Assembly: GCA_036275695.1 (NCBI GenBank)
Contig: DASUDI010000021.1
Span: 5,311-69,310, forward strand
Direction of reading: 5' to 3'
Origin: Minisyncoccota bacterium
Lineage (GTDB): Bacteria; Patescibacteriota; Minisyncoccia; Phycocordibacterales; UBA918
DNA: 64,000 bases
Of the stretch, positions 50,764-60,622 are shown piece by piece. The notes below the pieces were generated by a model. It was not told the origin of the DNA. It saw only the letters and a program-made list of their open reading frames with translations, and ran no database searches. How positions within the stretch are numbered: the stretch's first letter is position 1; every line of letters starts with the position of its first letter. A program made the position numbers and the translations under genes.

Positions 50764-50923
50764 ACATATGTAATTTGCAACTATAACAACACAGGACGAA
50801 TGTGTTGTCTGAATAAAATCAGTAGTCGCGCATATGAAATGATTAAGAACAGTATCCGCATACAGTATAGCATATATGCTATATATGTAAACTACACGGA
50901 GGATGAAGTCATGCGAGATCAGG

Positions 50924-51661
50924 TTAATAAACACACAGTGGCGCCAATCCAAAAAAATGATATATCTGAAAACCAAAGTCACTCATCAATATACTCTGTG
51001 ACGAGAGCAACGATACTCCGAGGACAATAAGGAATACTCCACTGAACTTTGAAAGATATCGTTCATAGCGTGCGTAGCCTGTAAAAGCGTGGACTGACTG
51101 CGCATATAATAAACCTGTCAAAATAAAGGGGACTGCCAAACCCAATGAAAAAGTAAGTAATAATACTCCTCCCTGCATAAGCGTTGCAGACTGTGACGCG
51201 AGGAGAAGGATTGAGGCGAGAATGGGTCCGGCACAGGGAGACCATCCGAGTGCAAATACAACTCCTAGTAACAAAGGGCGAGCAAATCTACCTTTTTCCA
51301 TATGTGGCACGCGAATTCGCTGAAAGGTATTTTTAAGTAGCGGTAGTTCAAAGACTCCAAGTATCGCAAGACCAAACAGTATAATTAACACCGATCCAAC
51401 TTGAGAAAAAATTACTTTGTAATGCTGAGTCCATGATCCAAGATAAGCACTCAATAGACCAAATAGAAAAAAAATAATACTAAAACCAAACGTAAAGGTA
51501 ATGGTACGTATCGTAATCTCACGTCGCTTATTGTGACGCACCGTATCAGGCACCAAGGACGCGAGAAAAGCCGGCACAATGGGAAGTGTGCATGGCGCAA
51601 GAAACATGACGACTCCACCCGCAAACGCACTCACCATGAGTATAAGTGAAAGTTCGTGCAT
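50924..51661 (-). CDS. ccdA: CcdA/DsbD-type transmembrane disulfide reductase
   Basis: FLAPCTLPIVP and GWSPCAGPIL with both catalytic Cys; ~6 TMs. Confidence 0.88.
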   Translation of the reverse strand: MHELSLILMVSAFAGGVVMFLAPCTLPIVPAFLASLVPDTVRHNKRREITIRTITFTFGFSIIFFLFGLLSAYLGSWTQHYKVIFSQVGSVLIILFGLAILGVFELPLLKNTFQRIRVPHMEKGRFARPLLLGVVFALGWSPCAGPILASILLLASQSATLMQGGVLLLTFSLGLAVPFILTGLLYAQSVHAFTGYARYERYLSKFSGVFLIVLGVSLLSSQSILMSDFGFQIYHFFGLAPLCVY

Positions 51662-51662
51662 A

Positions 51663-52211
51663 CTACTGTGTGAGAGTTTGTAATATACTGGTAAGCTCTG
51701 CTTCGTCGAAAACACCGCGCGCGTGATACACCTTCACGCCATCCTTATCGTACACAAGAGTCTCTGGCATCGCGTAGCCGTTGATTGAAGTATAAAAATG
51801 ATCACTCGGGTCTAAAAGAACGTGAATATCCTCAGATACAGGATACACACTCAGAAATGAACGTACCGTACCGACTTGTTCCATGCGGTTAATGGCGAGA
51901 ACGTATATATCTTGCGCGTACGTGTGTGCCAATCGAGCAAGTATTGGTAGTTCTGTTTGAGAAAATGGTGTCCACGTTGCCCATGAATTAATAATAATAG
52001 GCTTGCCACGAAAATTGTGTAAATTGACGGGATTTCCTGAGAGGTCTGTATACATCTGTCCATCATCTGGCTCAATGACTTTTAGATCATTTTCAAGATC
52101 ACCCAAGTAACCACCTGGTGACACAGACAAAAAGGTAATCATCCCAAGGGCACATACCACAACCATGATGAGAGTAACCTGTTTCCAATATTGCCGCAGA
52201 TGCACTCCCAT
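51663..52211 (-). CDS. TlpA/ResA-like thioredoxin-fold protein lacking CxxC
   Basis: DLSGN.V.L..FRGKPIIINSWATWTPFS..ELP and AMPET; TPFS occupies the CxxC position. Confidence 0.8.
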   Translation of the reverse strand: MGVHLRQYWKQVTLIMVVVCALGMITFLSVSPGGYLGDLENDLKVIEPDDGQMYTDLSGNPVNLHNFRGKPIIINSWATWTPFSQTELPILARLAHTYAQDIYVLAINRMEQVGTVRSFLSVYPVSEDIHVLLDPSDHFYTSINGYAMPETLVYDKDGVKVYHARGVFDEAELTSILQTLTQ

Positions 52212-52219
52212 ATACACTC

Positions 52220-52702
52220 CTATCCCTTAATGAATAATTCAAAATCCTCAGGAGTCTCACCCTCCATGGGAGGGATAAGATTGAGTTCGACTTCTCTACT
52301 CATAATGAACGCGCGTATTTTTGCTTGCTCACTTGCCTCAAACGACACTAAAAACCTCTGCGGTGTCACTACCTGAGCACATGTTTGTGCGTGATTGACA
52401 ACCTTAAAATCTATCATTACTTGTTCTGGACTCGATTCAAGAATACGCGTATCCCAATTAAGCAAATCACATGGAGTCGGCATTGCTATCTCACCAGCTA
52501 GGGTATGTTTTCCATTAATAAAAAAATGTTTTGCATCAATGCGAATTATATCTCCGTATGGAGAAGTTTCATCAATAACAACAGGAGATGTTTCACTCTT
52601 ATCTTCCTGCATTTCTTGTTTTTTGATGTACGTAAACGTAAACATACCGACGACAATAAGCACTAAAATAGTAGTTGCTATAATTATATTATTTTTACCC
52701 AT
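52220..52702 (-). CDS. Membrane-anchored hypothetical protein with a Cys pair
   Basis: TM followed by PTPC..CAQVVT. Confidence 0.75.
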   Translation of the reverse strand: MGKNNIIIATTILVLIVVGMFTFTYIKKQEMQEDKSETSPVVIDETSPYGDIIRIDAKHFFINGKHTLAGEIAMPTPCDLLNWDTRILESSPEQVMIDFKVVNHAQTCAQVVTPQRFLVSFEASEQAKIRAFIMSREVELNLIPPMEGETPEDFELFIKG

Positions 52703-52748
52703 ATAACGTTTAACTAGTACTGATAATATTTTTTATTATACCATATAT

Positions 52749-54086
52749 CTACTGAGCACTATTTACGCCTTCAACATACTCCATCCCTTCATCAACGGTG
52801 ATTTGATAGCGGTTATGTTCTTCAGTTGCTTTTGCAATATACATAACGGTGATAATAAAAATTATAATGATGATAAGTAGGGATATGAAAAACTTTTTGT
52901 ACACGCGTACAAAACCTATGATTGTCTCCATAACATCCATTGTCTCGCGAGTCGCGTGCATACGCGCGCGCAAATCAAGTACACCATATCGCAGCGGCGC
53001 GGTGATGTGCGTTTGTGGTACGGAGCGGGTATTGGGTTGTCCTCTCTCCCATAACATACTTCGTGGTGTGGTGTGTAAGTGAACATGACCCTCCTTTGGA
53101 TCTACACCAGCGAGTATGAGCATTCTACGTACATACGCACGCACCATCCACACAAGACTCGAAATAATAAGTGTCAAAATAGACACAACAATAAGCGTCG
53201 CTTTCAGCGGGATAACCCAAAAATATACTGTTGCGGATTCACTCTTTACACCATCAGTCCCGTAGCCAAGGGTAACAATTGCCTTATAGCGACCAATATC
53301 GCTAAGGTTAAAGTCACTACTCCATGTATAATGATATTCACGTATACTTTTCGGCAGTACGTTTCCAAATTGGGTCTGATAATTAACGGGGATCACTCCT
53401 CGTTCGGTACCCCACATATTAGTGATACGTATTTCACCTCGCGGGAGAAGGTGCACGTTGCCTTTATTCTCAAATCGTAGTGAAAATTCTGCCTGTGGTT
53501 TTTCAAGTATGGAATCAGATAGTCGAAATTCACGAATGGAACCTTGCTCGATTACGTCACCTTCGACCCTCAAAAAAAATAATGAGGTGACTGCTTGTGA
53601 TGTCCTGACGAGAGGACCATTTGCAATATTATTTGGTGGTTCGGTACTTATGAGTACTGCTGCATAATGTCCTCCCGGTGACGCATTCTTTGGAATGTCC
53701 ACAATGAACGATATCTCCTGAGTCTGTTCTGGCTGTATCTGGTGTGGCCCAGGGGGAATCTCAACCCACTCCGCAAGTGTTGCGCCATCGGTATCTGGCG
53801 AATCGATAATTTGTGCCTCATCTTTTTTGACGGAAAAAAATTCACCTTGCCCATTTTCGCCCGTTGGTGAAAAATTTACCACTTCTGCATATACCGTCAT
53901 GGGGAATGGGTTGCCGTTTACAACTTTAATAGTACTTTGCCACACATCTCCGGGAAGCGCGGTTATTTGAAAAAGTGGTGGGGTGACACTCAAAATTTGC
54001 GAAGATTGAGCGTTTACCGAAGATGAGCACATGAGCAGAAAAAAAGTGCCAATGATCTGTGTGAATCTAAAAAGTACATTTCTCAT
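52749..54086 (-). CDS. DUF916/DUF3324 (WxL-interacting)-like surface protein
   Basis: Signal peptide, SVTPP, LAEWV, IPKNASPGGHYAAV, FENKGNVH, GRYKA, C-terminal TMs. Confidence 0.65.
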   Translation of the reverse strand: MRNVLFRFTQIIGTFFLLMCSSSVNAQSSQILSVTPPLFQITALPGDVWQSTIKVVNGNPFPMTVYAEVVNFSPTGENGQGEFFSVKKDEAQIIDSPDTDGATLAEWVEIPPGPHQIQPEQTQEISFIVDIPKNASPGGHYAAVLISTEPPNNIANGPLVRTSQAVTSLFFLRVEGDVIEQGSIREFRLSDSILEKPQAEFSLRFENKGNVHLLPRGEIRITNMWGTERGVIPVNYQTQFGNVLPKSIREYHYTWSSDFNLSDIGRYKAIVTLGYGTDGVKSESATVYFWVIPLKATLIVVSILTLIISSLVWMVRAYVRRMLILAGVDPKEGHVHLHTTPRSMLWERGQPNTRSVPQTHITAPLRYGVLDLRARMHATRETMDVMETIIGFVRVYKKFFISLLIIIIIFIITVMYIAKATEEHNRYQITVDEGMEYVEGVNSAQ

Positions 54087-55087
54087 AAGTTGTTACGTGT
54101 TAGATCAATATCATGATGACGTGGGTCGCGTTTCCCTTCACGCACATGAACCATAAGGCGCTCTGAGTCATCCATATCAGTATCATCGAAATAACGTTTA
54201 TGAACATACCACGCGCCAAAAATTACCACAGTAATTAAGCCTGAGAGTAGTATGAGTAAATACTTTATCGGAAAGGCGTAAAAGAAACTTGTGTCTTGGA
54301 CCGTCGCTCGCTGTGTTGAACCGTATTCAACTGATAAAAAAGCCTTGTATTTACCGAAAAGACCGTCACGCGATATCTTGGTTTCGAATACATGCTCACC
54401 ATTGGGAGGAACCTCTACGCGATCCTCATTGACGCGGGCAACCCCCACTTCCTTGCCCTTGCTATCATAAATAATGATTTCTCCTTCAGGAACAAGACTC
54501 TCACTGCTCGGATTGTTAAAGGTGTAGCGGGCTACATTATTAGAATCATTGGTAATGAAGCGATTTACAACAAACCCCGAAAGTTTGAGAAATTCAGTAT
54601 TCTTCTCCTCAATGGTGACATTAATGATCGTTCCTGGTGCCTGACCCTGTGCCACAAGTCGCTCTGCCTCGTCGCGATTATCACCATGACCAAATCCAAT
54701 AAATGCATGATATGTACCTGGTGACGGGGTTGGGTGCACACGGAGTGTAATGGGGATTTTTATTTCATCACCCGGTCGCACGAGGATGCCAAGTCTGCTA
54801 ACTTCAATCCACGACGCAAGTGAGGTGGTACGGTCACTCTCAACTGGTGGCAGGAATTCTTCAATTGTCCCACCATCCTGAATCGAAATGTTGTTGACGG
54901 AGGGATAAAGAGTGGCTGGTTGAGCTCCCGTATTTTTAATAGTAATTTCCTTTTGAATAATATCCCTTCCCTCTGCATCTATATCCATTACCAGTGGCGA
55001 TACCGAAAAGGTGGGCGCCGCGTATGCGACGACAGGTGTCGTGTATAGCGAGAGTGTTATTAAACTTATGATGTAAAAATATCTCAT
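54083..55087 (-). CDS. Second DUF916-like surface protein
   Basis: Signal peptide, SVSP, LASWI, PSPGTYHA, GKYKA, C-terminal TM; paralog of 52749-54086; start ATG 55087. Confidence 0.65.
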   Translation of the reverse strand: MRYFYIISLITLSLYTTPVVAYAAPTFSVSPLVMDIDAEGRDIIQKEITIKNTGAQPATLYPSVNNISIQDGGTIEEFLPPVESDRTTSLASWIEVSRLGILVRPGDEIKIPITLRVHPTPSPGTYHAFIGFGHGDNRDEAERLVAQGQAPGTIINVTIEEKNTEFLKLSGFVVNRFITNDSNNVARYTFNNPSSESLVPEGEIIIYDSKGKEVGVARVNEDRVEVPPNGEHVFETKISRDGLFGKYKAFLSVEYGSTQRATVQDTSFFYAFPIKYLLILLSGLITVVIFGAWYVHKRYFDDTDMDDSERLMVHVREGKRDPRHHDIDLTRNNL

Positions 55088-55088
55088 A

Positions 55089-58000
55089 CTAAAAAACGGG
55101 TACTGAAATGTATCGCATGTGTGCTTCGTATGTTCCCGCATCCTGCATTTGACGTACGAGTAATCTAAATACAACATCAATAAACTCGCCCACCACCGGC
55201 TGTGAACTATACCCCACCTCATCAAGTGTTGTTGTGCTCATACGTGCCCATGTATCGACTGCTGAAAACCGAGTTGAGCCACCATACAGTGTATCATCTG
55301 CAGAGTGGTAACCAAAACAACTGCGAGCACTCGCGTTACACCCTGAAGCCCATGAGGTCGGGGTACCGTTGGTACCTATGACCTGATCGATTTTTTCACC
55401 AAATGATGTGAGCATATCCCCTGAAAGAGTCGTGAAGAGTCGATATCCTGAAGTTCCATTTGTGTCAATGGTGAAACGATGTGCACCTTCAACAAACGTA
55501 TCAACAGGGACTGAACCAAATGGAATTGTGGACGGTGTTGTTGCGATATCAGTAGTGATTCCTTCAATGGTCTGTCCAGAGGATATCCCTGTCATAGTAA
55601 AGACCAGACTTGCGCCCTTGGTCAGAAGACTTGGGTACGTTTCTCCCTGCGCGAGTGGCACGACGCTATTATTAGTCGCGTCATATGCCCTAAAATAATA
55701 CACTCGATTGACGCGTGCGCCACTACTCCTCAATGTAAACGCAAACTCAGTTGCAGCATTTATTTGATGATCAAAGGTGCTTGTAGTGGTGCCACTTTCA
55801 TTATGTGTACCGCATCCGACACCAACTTGTGACACACACGCGCCCACATCAGAAAGTAATTTTGTTTGTATAGACACGTCATCTGCTCCACCCCCGTTCT
55901 CATAGCACCAGTAGGAAAGATTGGTGCATGTACCCATTTCAGATACAAAGGTCGATGTTGCAAATGTAGGTGATTCTGAAAACTGCAGACGAAATCGAAC
56001 ATTAGTCCCCACGGCACCGTTGGATTCTTGGAGCGTAAGACGCAATTGAATAGGATTATTTACATCAATGTCAATGGGAGCCACTGTTTCATTCGCAAGT
56101 GGAGTTGTGGGTGTTTCATTTTCCGCATCATCATACCATCTCCAATTTTTTGATTCTGCACCATATCCCACCGTGCGAATTGTGGGGTAATTATTATACG
56201 CAGTCAGTAGTGTTCCATTTGCTTCAGTCATCCTAAAACAGTATGACGTCCTATCAGCGGCACCATTATTTTGAATTGCCCAGTCATACTCAATATCCTG
56301 ATTGGCATTTGTTTTATATGGTGCGAGCGCGGTATTGTTTTGCTCTTCAAAGGTTCCCGCGACGTCTGAAACAGACAAAAGTAAATCACCACCCGTAGGC
56401 GGGTCTCCTGAAAGTACCGCCCCATCAGTAATCGGAGTTGAGGTACCTCTCCATAATGCGGTAGTACTCCCAATCGCACCCAGATTTTTCCACTCAGTTG
56501 TTTGAATAGCACTACACGTGGTGATTCGTGGTGCGTATTGAAGCTTAAATGCGTCGGTATTCGCAATAAGTGCCGCGGCACTTATTGCGAGTGACATGCG
56601 TAGTCGCAGTGTTCCACCATTAAGTATCGGGGTGTCGAACCCTGTCATCTCCGTATTTTCTCCAAGGTCAGTAGCACCCACTGGCCATGGATCCGTAGGT
56701 TTTAAAGCGTTGTTATTGACATAGAGTCTGTAGTAATTTTGAGATATCTTTCTACGTGCGGTTGGCCACTCAACAACCTCTGTTCTGTAATTTCTTGTGT
56801 CACCCGTATTACTCATCCATATTTCATACTGTGTCGTAGAGATAAGACGAGTCGCAATCATTGGTTCAGGCCACGATGTTCCCGTCCCCGAACTTCTGTT
56901 ATTCATAAAAATTGAAGCGATACCCACGTCATCAAGTGTTTTACCGATATTTATATTTGAAGTAAAGGGAGCCGTACCACCTGACTGCGTGCCATTTGAG
57001 CGGGTGACCACCATCGTGGTGCCCACCGTCTGAAGATTCTCAATAATCCACGCCACTGATACGTGCCCTGTTGGTGTTGTTGCCGCGCCATCTAAAAGAA
57101 ACGACACCTGTCCAACACTTGAAAGCCACACCTCGTGTCCAAAGTTTGCATGCGAATCAAGCCCTGATCCAACACGCTTTTGTGTATGCACAAAAGCTCG
57201 CGTAAGACTTCCGATTGCGGTAATTGATTCAGTTTCAGTACTTCCCGCAGATGAGTAGGTGTGTTCAGCGCGCTGAACTACCCAGTTAGAGCCGGTAAAT
57301 TCTACTACCGCGTAACTTACATACACCGCATCACTCCCCGCTTCACCGCGCGTAAATGTTGCCGTGTCAGCACCCGCGTCCCATGACGCGGTGGAAAGTA
57401 CGGTATTGTAGTCCGCTCGGCCTGAGTCAGGATTGTATTGACCAGTGACGAACACTGCCACATCAGTATCATCAGTGATACCCGCGACAGTATTTGACGT
57501 AAGCGTCGTACCTGTCGTGGTGTACGCGCGCGCTTGCTGCTGTCGCACAATGAATTCATTCTCTCCCCCGGCAGTTCCTTTGTACTCTACAATTTCCCAC
57601 GCAACTCTTGTATCACCCGAAGGAGTACCATTTCTTTGAAAAGTGATACTATTAGTGATATTTGAGGGATTGGTGATATACACCGTAACATCGTTAGCGT
57701 TCTGGTTTCCAGTCGCACCAGAATCTCCTGCGCCCGTACTATGCGTATTGGTAATGCGAATAAATGCCGAGGTCGAGGCACTCGGTGCTACATAGTCAGT
57801 CCCTGCGTTAATGGTAAGTGAGCCACCAGTAATTGTCGAAACACCTCGCTGCACTCGGAAGTCAGTGGGTAATTTAATGGTCACCTCGGGATAGACCGAG
57901 TATGCGGGGAGTGCCGTTCCTGCGTTTGTAAGACGAAAACAATAGGTGGCACCTTCCACTGATGACGCGGTTGCGTTGAGTGAGTACTCGAATTCAACGA

Positions 58001-60605
58001 ATTGAGTTTCTGAGAGAGTAATAGAACCCGTCTGAGATGTTGTTTCTCGCTGTCCTCCATTTGAGGTCACGAAGCTGGCATTTTCGTCATTCATACCTCC
58101 ACTTGATACGGTAATATTTGTGGTGTTATTGCCTTCAACAAGTTGTGACGCGGACATGTCCCACGCACCACCTCCAGTACTCACGTCACTCCACCCTGTT
58201 GCAGCACTACATGTTGAGATTTTTTGCGCAAATTCAAGGCGGTATTGGATACCTTGCGTAGTGGTGCCACCTTCATTTGATACTTGCACACGAAGTCGCT
58301 GTATATCAAGTTGTGCTACTTTGGTAAGTGGCGTATCAGCAGTACCACCCGTAGCCGAAGTCGCGCCAGACTCTGTTCCATCGTTGTTGCGCCAATGATA
58401 GTGTGTTTGCGTAGGTATACTTTTATATAGTCGCGTTACTCCTGGTACAGCAACATTTGTATTAGGTGCCACGTTGGCACCACTTGCATTAATGTGCGTA
58501 TTAGGATTAGTGATTTGTAAATCAAGTGATTGATTATTTGTAGAACTGGCGGTTATATCAAGCATTGTATATATACACGCACTCTGTGTCGAAGAAACGC
58601 TGATTGAGCCGACGAATGTAGATGTTCCTGTGGTCGAAAATCCATCAGTGTCAGTTGTACCATACTGAGATTCAGTCCCTATGTACGACTCACTCGCGCA
58701 ATTATATGGTGCAGAAGTATCATACTCATAGTACAGTTTGATATTATCGAGTCCATATACCACATCAACCGTTCCACTCGCGGTAATGGTTATACCGGAA
58801 ATGGTGTGTGGGCCAGCCGTCTGCGCCTCAATATTAAAACTACCTCCAAGGTATACATTTGAAGTGGTTATATCGATACTTGTGCGCTGTGTTCCAGCAC
58901 TGGTAACCAAGACATCCGCGGTAACAGTTGCTTCTGGGTACACCGAGTAGGTAATCTCTGATGCTGAACCAGCATCAGTAAGCCTAAAACAATAAGTCCC
59001 TCCATCGGTTGCGTTGGTAGTTGGTGAGATTGAATATTCTAATTCCGCAAACTGACTTGATGTAAGCGTGAGTCCACCCACCTGTGATGAAGTGTCCTTC
59101 ACTCCTCCATTAGGAGTGAGAAATGTTGTGTTCTCATTCGTTACTCCTCCCGTTGAAACTACTATATCGGTGGTGTCACTTCCATCGGTAATATTACTTG
59201 AATTAAACATATCCCAATCACCTCCACCCGCACCAACATCAGTCCAGCCGGACGCCGCGGAACACGTAGACACCTTTGATGCGTATTCAATGCGATATTG
59301 TTTTGAGGTCGACGTTTTATTTCCTTCGTTTGATATTTCAAAACGAAGACGTTTTCCCACGAGTTTGCCAATCGCAGAGAGGTGCGTGCTCTCAGTGCCT
59401 CCTGTTGCTGAAGTAGCTCCCGATTCACTTCCGTTATCATTACGCCAATGAAAACGCATTTGTCGCAAATCAACTTTTTGCACCGTACCTGCACCAGAAA
59501 TTGAAAGCGCTGTTGTGGGATCTATGACTGGTGAGCTTGCGGCCACAACATCAATAGACGGATTGGTCATCTGAATATCGATAGTATCACCCGCACCTGC
59601 ACTTGATTGAACATCAGCAACAACATATACGCATAACGCTTTTGTGGTGTTGATATTTATACCTGATGCGGTAAAAACGGATGAGCCGTCAGCACCACTG
59701 AATCCATCCGCATCGGTGGACCCATACTGAGACTCAGTACCCGCATAACTTTCACTTGCGCAGTTATACGGCGATGAGGTATCGTTTTCGTAGAATAATT
59801 TAATATTTTTAAGGTTTGAGGACGCGTCAATAGTACCGTGTTCATATACAGTGATTGAAGTCACATCACGGTTACTCACGGATGAGTTTTCAGTTATTGC
59901 AAAACTCCCACCAAGATGCGCGTTATTCGTTCCCGCATCAATATTTTGCATCGTGCCCTGCGTTGATACAGTGATATTAATTACTGGCGTATAGGTAACA
60001 TACGCGTAGAGTGCGTAGTTGATACAGTTGGTGGCACCTCCCGCACCGGGCTTAGTACAGGTGGTACGAACACGCAACCCGTCAAGATCAGATTGCGTGA
60101 GCGTGAGCCCCGTGAAGTTGACACTTGACCACGTGCTTACGGTACTAATAGTGACATTCTGTGTCGTGCCAATCTGGGTAGTTTCTGCGGCATTCCAAAG
60201 TGAAACCTGGAACTGCATATTTGAACCACCTTCTTTGTGATACAAAAATACGGTCACCGCGGACGCAGTCTGAACATTTGAAATCGTACCCATTTGGTAC
60301 GAATCGAGCTGATTGCGCGTGAATGTAAGATAATCACCTGTTGTACTGGGTGCTGTTGTTGAACTCACACCATCATTAACACAATCATAATTATTCGCAG
60401 TAGCACACGTTGTTCGCGCCCCCTGAGAGGTGTTTCCTGCACCATCAGGGTTTATTTGTTGCCCCAATGCCTCAGTAATAAGTGTATATATAAAAAAACC
60501 ACACAGCACAAATAGAGCAGTTATACCTGCAACGGTGACCATTTCCATGCTCTTACGCATACATAAATACCTCCGAATATATCGGATACCTCTATTATGA
60601 AGCAA
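55089..60605 (-). CDS. Giant Thr/Ser/Gly-rich exported repeat protein (1838 aa; true start may be 60560 or 60548)
   Basis: N-terminal hydrophobic signal, tandem beta-rich repeats with Cys pairs, C-terminal ..QDAGTYEAHMRYISVPVF domain. Confidence 0.85.
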   Translation of the reverse strand: MLHNRGIRYIRRYLCMRKSMEMVTVAGITALFVLCGFFIYTLITEALGQQINPDGAGNTSQGARTTCATANNYDCVNDGVSSTTAPSTTGDYLTFTRNQLDSYQMGTISNVQTASAVTVFLYHKEGGSNMQFQVSLWNAAETTQIGTTQNVTISTVSTWSSVNFTGLTLTQSDLDGLRVRTTCTKPGAGGATNCINYALYAYVTYTPVINITVSTQGTMQNIDAGTNNAHLGGSFAITENSSVSNRDVTSITVYEHGTIDASSNLKNIKLFYENDTSSPYNCASESYAGTESQYGSTDADGFSGADGSSVFTASGININTTKALCVYVVADVQSSAGAGDTIDIQMTNPSIDVVAASSPVIDPTTALSISGAGTVQKVDLRQMRFHWRNDNGSESGATSATGGTESTHLSAIGKLVGKRLRFEISNEGNKTSTSKQYRIEYASKVSTCSAASGWTDVGAGGGDWDMFNSSNITDGSDTTDIVVSTGGVTNENTTFLTPNGGVKDTSSQVGGLTLTSSQFAELEYSISPTTNATDGGTYCFRLTDAGSASEITYSVYPEATVTADVLVTSAGTQRTSIDITTSNVYLGGSFNIEAQTAGPHTISGITITASGTVDVVYGLDNIKLYYEYDTSAPYNCASESYIGTESQYGTTDTDGFSTTGTSTFVGSISVSSTQSACIYTMLDITASSTNNQSLDLQITNPNTHINASGANVAPNTNVAVPGVTRLYKSIPTQTHYHWRNNDGTESGATSATGGTADTPLTKVAQLDIQRLRVQVSNEGGTTTQGIQYRLEFAQKISTCSAATGWSDVSTGGGAWDMSASQLVEGNNTTNITVSSGGMNDENASFVTSNGGQRETTSQTGSITLSETQFVEFEYSLNATASSVEGATYCFRLTNAGTALPAYSVYPEVTIKLPTDFRVQRGVSTITGGSLTINAGTDYVAPSASTSAFIRITNTHSTGAGDSGATGNQNANDVTVYITNPSNITNSITFQRNGTPSGDTRVAWEIVEYKGTAGGENEFIVRQQQARAYTTTGTTLTSNTVAGITDDTDVAVFVTGQYNPDSGRADYNTVLSTASWDAGADTATFTRGEAGSDAVYVSYAVVEFTGSNWVVQRAEHTYSSAGSTETESITAIGSLTRAFVHTQKRVGSGLDSHANFGHEVWLSSVGQVSFLLDGAATTPTGHVSVAWIIENLQTVGTTMVVTRSNGTQSGGTAPFTSNINIGKTLDDVGIASIFMNNRSSGTGTSWPEPMIATRLISTTQYEIWMSNTGDTRNYRTEVVEWPTARRKISQNYYRLYVNNNALKPTDPWPVGATDLGENTEMTGFDTPILNGGTLRLRMSLAISAAALIANTDAFKLQYAPRITTCSAIQTTEWKNLGAIGSTTALWRGTSTPITDGAVLSGDPPTGGDLLLSVSDVAGTFEEQNNTALAPYKTNANQDIEYDWAIQNNGAADRTSYCFRMTEANGTLLTAYNNYPTIRTVGYGAESKNWRWYDDAENETPTTPLANETVAPIDIDVNNPIQLRLTLQESNGAVGTNVRFRLQFSESPTFATSTFVSEMGTCTNLSYWCYENGGGADDVSIQTKLLSDVGACVSQVGVGCGTHNESGTTTSTFDHQINAATEFAFTLRSSGARVNRVYYFRAYDATNNSVVPLAQGETYPSLLTKGASLVFTMTGISSGQTIEGITTDIATTPSTIPFGSVPVDTFVEGAHRFTIDTNGTSGYRLFTTLSGDMLTSFGEKIDQVIGTNGTPTSWASGCNASARSCFGYHSADDTLYGGSTRFSAVDTWARMSTTTLDEVGYSSQPVVGEFIDVVFRLLVRQMQDAGTYEAHMRYISVPVF
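57870..59980 (-). repeat. Diverged tandem duplication (~1.05 kb unit) inside the giant gene
   Basis: PYNCASESY.GTESQYG near 59740 and 58680; HWRN..G.ESGATSATGG near 59420 and 58370; TYCFRLT.AG..YSVYPE twice. Confidence 0.85.
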
Positions 60606-60622
60606 AACACCAGAAATGCGAC

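Noticed and set aside
57870-59980. Diversity-generating retroelement template/variable repeat pair
   Set aside because: The repeats are in-frame protein modules diverged at all base types, and no reverse transcriptase is present
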